From positions 83,329,014 through 83,393,013 of the forward strand of contig NC_086376.1 of the NCBI RefSeq assembly GCF_036588685.1: a stretch of DNA of 64,000 nt. The letters are read 5' to 3'. The notes beneath the pieces were generated by a model that saw only the letters and a program-made list of their open reading frames with translations, was not told the DNA's origin and did no database searches. Every line of letters begins with the position of its first letter. Within the stretch, counting starts at the first letter, position 1. Positions 13,604-25,456 of the stretch are shown piece by piece. Position numbers and translations under genes: made by a program. This DNA comes from Mytilus trossulus (taxonomy: Eukaryota).

Positions 13604-14851
13604 CAACGTGATAGCAATATACGACGAAAATTTTTTCAAAATTTGCGGTCGTATAAAAATCTAAGTACATGTTTGGATTCAGCATATCAAAGAACCCCAA
13701 ATTATCAATTTTTGTTAAAATCAAACTAAGTTTAATTTTGGACCCTTTGGACTTTAATGTAGACCAATTTGAAAACAAGACCAAAAATGAGGAATCTACA
13801 TACACAGTTAGATTTGGCATATCAAAGAACCCCATTTATTCAATTTTTGATGAAATCAAACAAAGTTTAATTTTGGACCCCGATTTGGATCAACTTGAAA
13901 ACTGGGCCGATAATCAAGAATCTAAGTACATTTTTAGATTCAGCATATCAAAGAACCCAACCGATTAATTTTTTGTCAAAATCAAACGAAGTTTAATTTT
14001 GGACCCTTTGGACCTTAATGTAGACCAATTTGAAAACGGGACCAAAAGTTAAAAATCTACATACACAGTTAGATTCGGCATATCAAAGAACCCCATTTAT
14101 TCAATTTTGATGAAATCAAACAAAGTTTAATTTTGGACCTTTTGGGCCCCTTATTCCTTAACTGTTGGGATTAAAACTCCCAAAATCATTACCAACCTTC
14201 CTTTTATGGTCTTAACCTTGTGTTTCAATTTCAGAGATTTCTATTTACTTATACTAAAGTTATGGTGCGAAAACCAAGAAAATGTTTATTTGGGTCCCTT
14301 TTTGGCCCCTAATTCCTAAACTGTTCGGACCTAAACTCCCAAAATCAATACCAACCTTCCTTTTGTGGTCATAAACATTGTGTTCAAATTTCATTATTTT
14401 CTATTTACTGAAACTAAAGTTATTGTGCGAAAACCAAGAATAATGCTTATTTGGGCCCTTTTTTGGCCCCTAATTCCTACACTGTTGAAACCAAAACTCC
14501 CAAAATCAATCCCAACCTTTCTTTTGTGGTCATAAACCTTGTGTCAAAATTTCATAGATTTCTATTAACTTAAACTAAAGTTATAGTGCGAAAACCAAGA
14601 AAATGCTTATTTGGGCCCTTTTTGGCCCCTAATTCCTAAAATGTTGGGACCAAAACTCCCAAAATCAATACCAACCTTCCTTTTGTGGTCATAAACCTTG
14701 TGATAAAATTTTATAGATTTATATTCACTTTTACTAAAGTTAAAGTGCGAAAACTAAAAGTATTCGGACGACGACGACGACGACGACGACGACGCCAAAG
14801 TGATAGCAATATACGACGAAAATTTTTTCAAAATTTGCGGTCGTATAAAAA
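10948..14851 (+). mobile_element. Composite non-autonomous element, interpreted as Helitron/Helentron (HINE)-like. Its 5' module of about 740 bp occurs twice in tandem. The module is followed by an array of a 120-bp 'A' sub-repeat, an array of a 125-bp 'B' sub-repeat, a (GACGAC)n microsatellite and a hairpin tail. The whole 3' block (A sub-repeats, B sub-repeats, microsatellite and tail) is duplicated.
   Basis: The 5' start aaccagatgctccgcagggcgtagctttatacgaccgcag is conserved in three copies. The 3' tail ...(gacgac)n gccaacgtgatagcaatatacgacgaaaattttttcaaaatttgcggtcgtataaaaa contains an imperfect hairpin (atacgacg...cgtcgtat). The subterminal inverted 13-mer is TTTATACGACCGC. Confidence 0.5.
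13561..13603 (+). repeat. (GACGAC)n microsatellite inside the composite element.
   Basis: About 14 perfect GAC units. The same microsatellite recurs at 14767-14795 and 36594-36615. It also produces the poly-Arg and poly-Val artefact ORFs in the ORF track. Confidence 0.9.
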
Positions 14852-15100
14852 TCTGTTTGGAAAAATTTGATTTGAAAAGGACTATATACAATTTAAAATC
14901 AACTCAACATAATCATACCAGGTTATTATCATATTTTCAAAAAAATATTTGAAGAAAATAAAGTTGTTGAAAAGCAGGGAAAATCTCATTCATGACTTAA
15001 CATCAACAACACATTTCTTTTTGAGCTTTCACAACAATACTTGTTTCAACCTGCATGTAGATAAATTATAAAACAGCATGTACTTTGTATTAAGCTTTAC

Positions 15101-15224
15101 CTTTTCCATTGTAACTTTTATTTCAATGACCATTCCACTAGCAGTGGTAGCATACAGACATCCAGGCTTAGATTTTGTCTGATACAAACTTAATATCCAG
15201 TCGGCTTTATCCACTACACATTTT
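15101..15224 (-). CDS. TEP1: TEP1-like exon 52 (KCVVDKADWILSLYQTKSKPGCLYATTASGMVIEIKVTMEK).
   Basis: gttacag acceptor, AAG|gtaaag donor. Confidence 0.8.
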
Positions 15225-15769
15225 CTGTAACATTATAAAATTAAATTTAAATTGATTAAATGCCACCTTCAGCACATATAACTATAGCTATATCATGGTG
15301 GCTTGTTTAATTGGTTGAGGAAGCAATAGTACTCATAGAATATAACTTTGGCAGAAGAAAAAAACAATCATTTTCCATAAAGATCTTAGTCAATCCATTT
15401 TGCCAAAGCAGGGTCAGAAATAACAACCTCTGTAGTGAGTTTTGGCCCCTAAACCACAGAGTGAAATGAAAACAAAATTAGTTACAGCTACTTTAGACTT
15501 TTGATTATGAGAGATTGCATCTTTGCTCTTCTTCTGATAGCATTTTACAACAGTGTAAAATCTCATCAATATATGTCCATATGCTTATAAGATGCACTAA
15601 CAAGGCACAAGGTATGATTGACAGAATGGCAGATGGACAAATAGATGGACAAGCTGATTCATGTATTCACATGAAACTTTGGTTAAGGTATTAAAATAAA
15701 AGACAGAATGGACATAAATGCTGTTATCAAACTGAATAGTAGAACCAAGTATTCTCAAATTGTAACAGT

Positions 15770-16657
15770 CAGGGTTTCCGCTGGCGGTCGCCATTTTCGC
15801 AATTTGCGAAAAAAAATATAACTGTGGCGATTAAAATTCGTCATTGGCGATAGAATTTGGCGAAAGAAATATATAACGATTTATTTTCAGCCATCTTGTT
15901 TATTTACTTTTTTTCCGGTTTTTCTGACTTTACCGATCAGACAAAACTCGGAATTCATCTTGAACTCGTTAAGATTTGATAGAAAATCAATAATCAGCTG
16001 ATTGCATTCATAGCTATCGACATCAAAGGACTAATTAATAAAGGTGTTGATTATATGATATGACAAAATGATATTGTTAAATGGCTTCTGTCACATGTCA
16101 CAAAAGGGATTTATTAACCACTTTGTGACGCACGTGTTTGAATCAAAATTTTTACGCTTCCTCTCCTTCTTTTAATGATAGTCCAGAAAAGAAAATTGTT
16201 GTTATGACGAAAACTGTTCAAAAGCAAGAAAAGTCTCTGATTTAAAACTTTATCATTCAACTTTCATATAGGTAATTGATTTGAATTGGAACTTCAAAGT
16301 TGTTTCAGTTACACTTGTGTTTAAAGCATATTGTTTTACTTATTTACGATGGTATAGAAAAGAAAACTGTCGTTATGAAGAAATATATTCAAAAGGTTGG
16401 CATGAGAATAACCCTTCAATGTAATGACTACAACTTACATGAGCGATCAATTCCAAGTGATAAGATGCTTTGTTTTGTTGTAAAAAACACTTCCTATTTA
16501 GGGGGGGGGCGGGGCTTGAAAAAAGTGAAAATTTGAAGAAGAAAAAATATATGTGTATATGTGTGTTACTTGGCGAAAAAAATAATAAAGTGGCGAAAAA
16601 TATATTGTTTTGGCGAAAGAGGTGGCGAAAAAAATAATTGACCCAGGGGAAACCCTG
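15770..16657. mobile_element. hAT-superfamily MITE (non-autonomous, 888 bp).
   Basis: Terminal inverted repeats are CAGGGTTTCC(G/C)CTGG. The 8-bp target-site duplication is gtaacagt / gtaacatt. Subterminal GGCGAAA/TTCGCC repeats are present. There is no ORF. Confidence 0.7.
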
Positions 16658-16755
16658 GTAACATTCAAATACTCATTTGTTTGGGTATGTATATTATTGT
16701 TTGGTTTTTGTGTACTGGTAATTGACATTTCTGTTTTATCCAATAATAATCTTAC

Positions 16756-16893
16756 CTCTCAAACTGTTTGTTGTTCTTATAAACAGTTACTTCCCCTTTC
16801 CAATTGCCAGAGAAGACATGAGCTGAGGTTGTAGATTGAAGCAGACAAGTCACAGGTGTTGAACTGTTTTCTATTACAGTGGATTTCTCAACT
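16756..16893 (-). CDS. TEP1: TEP1-like exon 51 (VEKSTVIENSSTPVTCLLQSTTSAHVFSGNWKGEVTVYKNNKQFE).
   Basis: atttcag acceptor, GAG|gtaaga donor. Confidence 0.75.
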
Positions 16894-17737
16894 CTGAAAT
16901 ATAGGACAAACTCTATATTTTGTAGATAAGCATTAGCATAGCAAAGTTTTTGTTCTATGTACAATTTCATGGCAAACAAAAATTATTGAATAATCTGTAC
17001 AATATAAAAAAGAAGATGTGGTATGATTGCCAATCAGACAATTCTCCATAAGAGACCAAAATTACACAGACATTAACAACTATGGGTCACTGTACGACCT
17101 TCAATAATGAGCAAAGTGCATACTGCAAAAACAATTAATCGTGATTTACACTAATGAGCTTCGGTGTGTATAAAGTGAGGATTAAGACTTCCGTTGATGA
17201 TCACCTAAAAACTACTCAATTCAGCATCTTTTATCTTGTTGTATTTTCTTTTGAAAAGAAAGAGTGAGATAAAACAAAATAAATAGAAATCAAAATTTTC
17301 TTAAATCTCTTGTGTCCGAGAATAAACAATTTTGTCAGCTATAACCAACCTGAATTACGAAACTATCGATTGGAAAAGCCATAGGATTTTTTTTAATTGA
17401 AAAAATTGAAAAGTAAAAATAATGTCATTATAATAATAAAAGACTGTGACAAACAAATACATCGATCTGATACTAAAATATTGATCCCCTTGCCATATTC
17501 CCCCCCGGATTTATTTTAGCTTTACCAAGTTAAACAAGAGTTGTGTCCCTTAGATTGTAAAACTTCTGGTGTTCGTTTGAGTCGAACTACGTGTATCTCG
17601 AAATATTTCTCTGGTCCGGCTGTATGTGTAAGATGAGTTACACTTGTAAATACTATTGCAAAGGGAAATAACTAAATAATAGACTAGAATAAAATAGAAA
17701 TCAGGTCTACATTTAATTTCGTCATTGTAAGACATAC

Positions 17738-17856
17738 CTCTTAATGTTCATGCCTTCTCTTGTGACAGACCAAGAAACAATTTGTCCATCTTCACCTGCT
17801 GTTATCATAGTATTGTCAATTTGGAATAAAGCAGCTGTAACAGAATACTTGGATAC
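17738..17856 (-). CDS. TEP1: TEP1-like exon 50, WD40 (VSKYSVTAALFQIDNTMITAGEDGQIVSWSVTREGMNIK).
   Basis: gtcacag acceptor, GAG|gtatgt donor. Confidence 0.8.
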
Positions 17857-18088
17857 CTGTGACAAACGAAATAACATATAATTGCAAATGAAAAACATAG
17901 TACATTATCAGCTTACATTAAAACTAGATTACTGAAATTTCTCATTAATCAGTCACAACAAAACTGAGAAAATATGTGCCTTGATTTAAAAAAAAACTAA
18001 AATAAAAAAAGAATCCTTTGAATTATTTTGAGGTTTTACATGCTATTTTTGGACTTACATACAACTTTATTCAATAAGATAAGTTTAC

Positions 18089-18152
18089 CTGCATCGTTCT
18101 CTCACAAACAAATACACCATTGTTTATGCTCCAGAACTTGACAACACCATCC
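18089..18152 (-). CDS. TEP1: TEP1-like exon 49, WD40 (DGVVKFWSINNGVFVCERTMQ).
   Basis: ttgaag acceptor, CAG|gtaaac donor. Confidence 0.75.
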
Positions 18153-18764
18153 CTTCAATAGAATAAAACAACATGTTAAACTAAAAAAAAAAAATGATTA
18201 ACAAAAGTATATTTATGAAATTAGGAATGCATCAAATAACAAATCTTACTTCTGGTTTTGTTATATACTGGTGATATTTAATTCCAAAAACATATGTATT
18301 AAATCATTTCTGATGATATTCACAGATAATGAAATATTTTATCTGATAAAATTGACAATAGCCCCAATAGTTTTCTTTAGGAAAGTACACTTTTTTTTAT
18401 TTGGAAGACAAGTGCTATTGAGAGGACAGAAATATGGTAAATCTTCAACAAAAAGAGAAGGAAATTGTTCCCCATATTCTTTTAAAAGTCTTTCTTGTGA
18501 ACAAAAATTCTATCATAGGAGAGATCAACAATAATAATATAAATAATTTAATGTAGTAATGAATGAGATCTTTTTTAAAATCACTTTTCTCTCAATTACA
18601 GAAGACAATTTTACCCTCATTAAATTTGGACATTCTAAACAACTGGCTGAACATTATGTATTAATGAGCACCAAACAATTGGAGAAAATTAAGTAAGATA
18701 TTTCATTGGATTGTATTCTTGTGTAAAACTATCTTTTCTATTTCAATCTATGCTGATCTCATAC

Positions 18765-18976
18765 CTGCTTCCAGTCAGTAATCCTGTTCCATTTTCTATA
18801 CAACTGACAAATGTCACTGATCCATTATGTCCTGCATCTGATGGTGTTGTTGACAACTCAGGAGCCCACAGACGGACAGACTTGTCTAGACTGCTTGTAC
18901 ACAATTTTCCCTGTGAGTCAGATGATACACTGAGTACTCTGTCATCGTGTCCAGACATACTGGCCAGCTCATTAGC
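18765..18976 (-). CDS. TEP1: TEP1-like exon 48, two WD40 repeats (ANELASMSGHDDRVLSVSSDSQGKLCTSSLDKSVRLWAPELSTTPSDAGHNGSVTFVSCIENGTGLLTGS).
   Basis: tgttag acceptor, CAG|gtatga donor. Confidence 0.85.
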
Positions 18977-19359
18977 CTAACAAACAAATAATACAGATGT
19001 ACATACAAACCATAACTAGGCAATTATAAATAATAAACACTTTGAATTAAGCTTTGGAAAAAACAAATTAAATTCAAAATCATGAGAGATAAAAATAGAT
19101 GATCCAAACCAAATTTAGAACACATCTAAGAGATTTTTTGCTTTAAAGTTCTACAAATTCTGTCAAGAATTGTACCCATGAGAATGCTTACAAGATAAGA
19201 CGCACAATGGATGAAAGCACCATATTACTATATCCACTTAACATCATTGCATTAAGGACAAAAACACACAAACCCAATCTGATGTTCTGAATAAAGTTCC
19301 ACCTCTGCTTAAGAAACCCTAACACCTTTAAGATTGAGAAAAATGCAAATTGTTTTTAC

Positions 19360-19508
19360 CTGCAATGGTTGCCATACCCTGACTGTACCATCATCTCCAC
19401 AAGTAGCTACCAGTACATCATCCATCTTTACACCTGGACGTTTGGATTTCTTTGTCTTCTTAGCAGCCTCTGCTGTTTCTACCATATCTGCCCACGATTT
19501 GTTTGCAT
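19360..19508 (-). CDS. TEP1: TEP1-like exon 47, WD40 (ANKSWADMVETAEAAKKTKKSKRPGVKMDDVLVATCGDDGTVRVWQPLQ).
   Basis: tttaaag acceptor, CAG|gtaaaa donor. Confidence 0.8.
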
Positions 19509-20226
19509 CTTTAAAAAAATTGACAAATTGGTATGCATTACAGCTTCTTGTCATTAAGAGAATTTTGTGTAAGTCTAAAGGAATTCTGTTAGATGGTTTT
19601 CAATGAAAATTTGATTGACAATGTGCGACACAAATGCTGAAACAGCTGAAATCCTGGTATTGCCCCAGATGGACACTGCCAGATGACAAAATAATGTGGT
19701 TTCAGTGAAATTTATTATTGGTTGATTTCGAGCTATCTTCACATCTTTATAATAATATTGCTTGCACTCGGACCATGACAACATCTATGTTTGTTCTTAC
19801 ATAATTCAGTGCCTTAAAACGATACACTGTTATGATTGAAAAATCAAGTTTGCAAAAAATTAAAGAAAAAAATTCTGAAACAAAGTGAATAAATATGTAT
19901 ACTGAAAAGAAGAATACATTTCTTTACATTTAGTTTGTTATTTATAATACAATATTGTCAATTATATCAGAAATTTTCATGCTGTTTATGTTTTTGACAT
20001 AATGGCATGACATACCAGGATAAGGTTCGCAAAAAAACAACAAAAAAACTTGTATTCTTTAATGGCATTATTTTTATTCAGCATTTCCTTAAATGACAAT
20101 AACTTCCTATACACTGTTGTTCATTGCTAAACAATCTCAATAAGAAAGGATGCAAGGATTCCTAAATTTTAAAAAAAGAAATGTTTCTTGAGATCCCTGG
20201 ACAAGCGGAAGTGTTAAAATATTTAC

Positions 20227-20383
20227 CATCTTCTTCCTCTTCAGTGTCATCCTTGCTTGTTTTAACAATCATATCACACCCATTTACTCTCTGTGTATGT
20301 CCATACAGGGTTGTAATCTCTGTACCTTTCTGTGACCAAACTTTGACAGCTCCATCACTACTGCAGGACACTATACATCCATA
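20227..20383 (-). CDS. TEP1: TEP1-like exon 46, WD40 (YGCIVSCSSDGAVKVWSQKGTEITTLYGHTQRVNGCDMIVKTSKDDTEEEED).
   Basis: tctgtag acceptor, ATG|gtaaat donor. Confidence 0.85.
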
Positions 20384-20917
20384 CTACAGAAACAAAAAAG
20401 TTCAATAGTGAGCGATTTCTGATTTATGCTACCCAAGTATATAGTATTTTGGTAAACAGGAAGTTTGAGAGCAATGGATGTGAAAATATATCAAATATAT
20501 CAAAATTTAAATTTTGTTCACGAGTTGAAAAATGCAAAATGAGTTGATTTCACAACTGTCTTTTAATCAATTTGCTGACCAATAAAAGTTCAAAAGCCTG
20601 AAAAATGCATATGTTACTATGCAACGCCCTTAAGTACTGGAAAACAGTAGCAAGTGTCTGACAGTTCGGAAAAGGGCTCACACCTTACTTAGAGCATCCC
20701 TTAAGTGACATTGATTGTCGATATGCACATCTGGTGCAGGAAAATTGATACTGTTTATGTTATTACAACTCACCACTGCTGAAGGACTGACTTAATATGA
20801 AGCCATCTTGTACAGAAATTTTTGAGTAAGGGAAAAGAAATTTTTAGTTTACTCAACATATTGATTGAGTGCAAAGGGATTCCCTAATTATTTTGAATCC
20901 TTATTCTAATGACTTAC

Positions 20918-21025
20918 ACTATAGGAGATAGCATTAATTCCAGCCATGTGACCTGTTAGTGTGGATTTCTCTGTTCCTGTGGCAGTATCCCAAACCTTTA
21001 AGTTGAAATCAACGGAAGAAGTCAC
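20918..21025 (-). CDS. TEP1: TEP1-like exon 45, WD40 (VTSSVDFNLKVWDTATGTEKSTLTGHMAGINAISYS).
   Basis: ttttag acceptor, AGT|gtaagt donor. Confidence 0.85.
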
Positions 21026-21498
21026 CTAAAAATAGAAATATTAGTGGGCATTTAGTTTAAAATGTATACAAATAGTTGACTGCTATCATTTCAAACACAA
21101 GTGATTTAGGCATTTGTCTCATTTCTATCTGAATTTTATTTTATTAGCAAACATAGCCATAAAGAATTATTACCTGAAACAACAATCCAGGCTAAGTATT
21201 GTTGTTTGCATTTGGACTGATCAACACTTCAATTGCTTTTTTTTCCATTTATATTTGTGACAATACTAAACTGTTGATACAGAGATATGTCTTGCCTGTA
21301 TGCAATTTTGATAGCCTAATACAAAATAATGTTGAAATCAAAATGACAACATGTAAATTAACATGTAAGCTATAAGGCACAACTTTCAGTCTCTTTAACC
21401 ATGACTAGTGTGGCATGGCAAAAAAATGCAATAAATCTAAACTAAGTGAATATGAGAACTCAATCTTTTTTGGATACTATTCAGTCTGTAATACTTAC

Positions 21499-21615
21499 TA
21501 TGAAGTCTGCTATATTTGACCATTGACATCCAGTTATCCAGTCTTTATGACAATCACTCATCACATTCATAAGAAGTGGTTCTGTTTCCCAGGTCACCTG
21601 GTAAATTCTTATACT
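21499..21615 (-). CDS. TEP1: TEP1-like exon 44 (SIRIYQVTWETEPLLMNVMSDCHKDWITGCQWSNIADFI).
   Basis: tatcag acceptor, ATA|gtaagt donor. Confidence 0.75.
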
Positions 21616-21996
21616 CTGATAGAAAAAGGGGATAAACATTATATTAAATAAATAATTATAAGATAACAAATGTTCTTATCTACATTGATTTTGTTCACTG
21701 AACTTTTAAAGCTTTCTATATTAATGGGCCATGCTTGTTTCTGAAGGTTGTATCGTGACCTTTAGATGTTTACATTCACATCAGTTGGTCTATGGGGGAT
21801 ATTCGTATCAATGGCAATCATATCACATTTCCTTATTTTATATCTTTATACAGATGCTTGAGAAAAATTAAAATACAAAATATACAATATATATACAAAA
21901 TATTTATGAATTATACAACTTAGGTTTATGTTAAACTGTTATAAAATTTGTTGCTGAAGCTTTAGCAAGTTAATTTAACTTTTCTTAAAAACTTAC

Positions 21997-22102
21997 TGCA
22001 TCCCTGCTTGCTGTTGCCAATAATGAGCCTTCACTGTTAAAAGTACAGCTGGTTACCGGTCCTACATGGCCTGATAAAGTGGAATACACTTTGAGCTTAT
22101 TT
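21997..22102 (-). CDS. TEP1: TEP1-like exon 43, WD40 (NKLKVYSTLSGHVGPVTSCTFNSEGSLLATASRDA).
   Basis: ttgcag acceptor, GCA|gtaagt donor. Confidence 0.85.
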
Positions 22103-22621
22103 CTGCAATCATAAATAAATAAATGAATATAGTAGTGTTAACATTTCACTTGTCACAAAAAAGAATTTAATTATTCAAAGTATCCAGAATTCAAGCATTT
22201 GCATGTGTGAAATTCAAAACTCAGAGCCTCAGTGATGACTGGCTAGTGATAAAGTAGTTTGACATCTAGATCACCTAGCCAAGGCAGGATCCTCCCTGAA
22301 AATGAATGGGAGAGATGTTTATAATACCTCTACATTCAACACTTTCATTGAGGAAGTTAGGATATATCAAATGAACATGTTTATATAAAACTGGCAATGT
22401 ATGCTTGTGTCAGGGAAATCAATTACCTTCACCTCGATAATCATGGCAAAAGCTGTATAAATGATATTCAAGGTACATATTAATGAAAATAAACAACACA
22501 TCCAGAAAATAGGACTCAAAATAACATTTTTAGCTTTAACCACAAATGACAGTTATTTTTTAATTGACAGCACACTATTTTAAAACTCCTACCCCTTCCA
22601 ATTTTTTGGTTAAATGCTTAC

Positions 22622-22779
22622 TTCTTTGATAAATCTTTCTCCTTTGGTGCTGGAAACAATGTACAAGTAAAATCTTCTGATCCTACAGCCATCAATGTTT
22701 TGGTCAGTGCTAAACACAGTACAGGTTTGGTGAAAGTTGTCAGTCTAATACCTCCTACAGATTCTTTTGTACTTGTTAT
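22622..22779 (-). CDS. TEP1: TEP1-like exon 42 (ITSTKESVGGIRLTTFTKPVLCLALTKTLMAVGSEDFTCTLFPAPKEKDLSK).
   Basis: The ORF track shows an open frame here. atttcag acceptor, GAA|gtaagc donor. Confidence 0.75.
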
Positions 22780-23176
22780 CTGAAATATTCCAGTTACCAT
22801 TAGAGTCAAAATAAAGGGATATTTTAATACTACTGTTGTCTTCAGCTCTACCTCCGTTATTTTACACTATATTTTGTAATTATTGAATTTTGGATGTAAC
22901 ATGTCTTCTGATTGGCTGACAGTGTTTCGATTATCATATCATAGACATTATTTTGTCATGTGACTGTGACGTCATTAATGCTTTTTCATGATTTAAGGCA
23001 GTTTAAAATTGAATTTAGAATTAAATTATAAGGAATGACTGTAATGACTGTCATATTTGGACTATTATTCAGTGTGCACCACATGTTTTATGGTATCTCT
23101 TCATAGACAGAAAAATATTACAGTGATTCCTTAAACAGTTTACACTAACAGTCATTCCTTAAACAGTTTACACTTA

Positions 23177-23280
23177 CAGTCATTGTATTATCATCTGATC
23201 CTGCTGCTACCATGCCATCTCCAACATATTTGATACACCTTACTGATGCTGTATGGAGTTTATTGTCAAAAATTTCCCAT
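23177..23280 (-). CDS. TEP1: TEP1-like exon 41, WD40 (WEIFDNKLHTASVRCIKYVGDGMVAAGSDDNTMT).
   Basis: ttgtag acceptor, ACT|gtaagt donor. Confidence 0.8.
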
Positions 23281-23708
23281 CCTACAATAATTAAGAAATA
23301 ATGACTATTTTTCAACTTAATTGATTACATACAATTGATTATAAAAATTAATTGAAATATCTAATTGCTGTCTGTATGAAGAAGTTTGATTATCTCCCTT
23401 GTTACACATGCAACTTGTCAACCGATGAAGTCAATTATTAATTTCAGTTGCAAAAAGTTTTGATTGAGAACAGGGATTTGTGCATACCTTCTGCTCAAGA
23501 TTCCTTTAAAAGGCAATAACATAATGTGATAATTACGACAATCTTAGTTGATAGACATCCACTTTTATCAATTGTCTGAGTTTTCCATCAAGCCTCAGGA
23601 AGAAGCTCTTAAAATAAAACTTCACAAGCTGATCATTTTGGTGTTCTCCCTCCTCAGAAGGCAGAAATTGTATATCATAAACTATTTTTTAAAAGATTTC
23701 AATTTTAC

Positions 23709-23856
23709 CTGTCATAACGTCAAAAGCTCTGATATTTCCACTGTGGTATCCAACAAATACAACATCACAATCTGGGTGAAGTGCTACTGACATGGCAGCT
23801 CCATGTTCCTCCATACCAATACATTGGACTGGTTTCCCAAGGTTCCCAGACCATAC
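23709..23856 (-). CDS. TEP1: TEP1-like exon 40, WD40 (VWSGNLGKPVQCIGMEEHGAAMSVALHPDCDVVFVGYHSGNIRAFDVMT).
   Basis: ttgaag acceptor, CAG|gtaaaa donor. Confidence 0.75.
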
Positions 23857-23984
23857 CTTCAAATTCAAAATATCACATTATGACATATCAAAGATATTGA
23901 ACAGGGGTTACTCCTGGAATAGATGTATTTGGACACTACTTTTTTTATATCACACAATCCATAATTTTTCTTTTTACTGCAAAT

Positions 23985-24052
23985 TCAGAAATTATTGCGA
24001 TGTTTTTATTATTGCGAAAAATGTGACAGGGTTATAATCGTTATAATCCTAT
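23985..24052. repeat. Dispersed palindrome-containing repeat of about 55 bp (attattgcgatgtttttattattgcgaaaaatgtgacagggttataatcg). A second copy lies at 43175-43235.
   Basis: Two copies about 80% identical, in the same orientation, both within TEP1-like introns. Confidence 0.5.
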
Positions 24053-24080
24053 AAACTACTTCAACACATGATATCCTTAC

Positions 24081-24179
24081 CTTGACTTTATGGTCATCAC
24101 TAACTGTTATCAATTCTTTACCGGATGGAGAGAACGTCAGTTTGTTGATAGGTAGCGAGTGACCCTGGATATTACCAAC
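24081..24179 (-). CDS. TEP1: TEP1-like exon 39, WD40 (VGNIQGHSLPINKLTFSPSGKELITVSDDHKVK).
   Basis: ccttcag acceptor, AAG|gtaagg donor. Confidence 0.85.
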
Positions 24180-24541
24180 CTGAAGGAAATAAAACAATAT
24201 TTCATTTAGAGGGTACATAACACTTCAGGAGGCTATGAAATAGTATTGTGAAATTAAAGCATCTTTTTAACACAGATGAAATTTTCATATCATTATCATG
24301 ATTTTGACATTTTTTGTTGTTTCAAGTGGAATCCACTGGCCCGATCCCATTAGTAAAATATTTGCTATTTGTTGCTTCCTTTAATGTCCAGTAGCAGATA
24401 TTTCATGCATTTATTCAGGACTAGAATTTAATTACATTTGGAGATTGTTCAATTGATAACTCATCTATTGAAGAAAATAAAAGATGGAAACCATGCCTCC
24501 TTGTCACTCTCTGCATAAAATGAATGTAAACTATTGTTTAC

Positions 24542-24661
24542 CTGTGTTCCATTGAATGCTGACCAGAGTTTAACATCACCATCTAAGGAGGCTGAGGCAA
24601 TGTGACGTCCTGATGGAGAGTAGGCTACATCTCTCACTGATGTCTTGTGTCCTCGTAACAC
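24542..24661 (-). CDS. TEP1: TEP1-like exon 38, WD40 (VLRGHKTSVRDVAYSPSGRHIASASLDGDVKLWSAFNGTQ).
   Basis: Canonical WD40 GH...WD repeat. ctttcag acceptor, CAG|gtaaac donor. Confidence 0.85.
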
Positions 24662-25350
24662 CTGAAAGGAGAAACATTTTATAACTTCTAGAATCTTATT
24701 TGTTATTTTAAACAAGGGTGAACATTCAATTCTACCAAAAGGTTTTAATTATTCTTTCAAAAAAGTTCTTCAAATTTGCTATCTACATTTGTGCATTGAA
24801 CACCAGATTCCCATGTCACAAACAATTCAACTTGTACACTTGATTTGAGAAAGTAGGAATCATTTTCTTCATGAGTAATGGATTTTAGTATTAAAATTTG
24901 ATTATTGGTCAGTAATAAAGATAAATTAGAGTTGACATTATGGAACCTTCTTGACATCGATTGAAATATCACCATTTTCAACTGAATGACCTCTTCCTTG
25001 TAATCAGTCTAGCTTTTTAAAAAGCGTAAATACATGCTTACTGTTTCCTAATGAAAATGTTTAAGGAAATTGCTATTTGAACTAATCCTTACCCATACCA
25101 TATCTATAACCAACACAAGCTTAAACCCTTACTCTATCTCAAATCTTGAACTAACCATAACCTTACATTAACCATATAATGAACACTAAACCTTTGATAC
25201 AGGGAACCCTAATGTAAAAGAAGTCTTCAGAATTATCTAAAATACCCCAAATGTTGTTTTTTTTGTGTTTCCAATCCCACTTAAATATCTTTTTACAAGA
25301 TTCCTATAAACCTGGAAACACATCCTAAAATATTCAATGCCAATACATAC

Positions 25351-25456
25351 TGCTTTTCTCTTCCTGTGAAATATATCCCAGATCTTTATTGTGGCATCCC
25401 AACTTCCTGTAACGATCAGCTGACCTTCTGGGTGGAAGTCAACACAGTTCACTTGG
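25351..25456 (-). CDS. TEP1: TEP1-like exon 37, WD40 (QVNCVDFHPEGQLIVTGSWDATIKIWDIFHRKRKA).
   Basis: atttcag acceptor, GCA|gtatgt donor. Confidence 0.8.

Noticed and set aside
13478-13835. ORFs containing RRRRRRRRRRRRRR or VVVVVVVVVVVVV (13478..13729 plus, 13533..13835 minus; also 14685..14870 and 36511..36732).
   Set aside because: These are translations of the (GACGAC)n microsatellite inside the repeat element, not genes.
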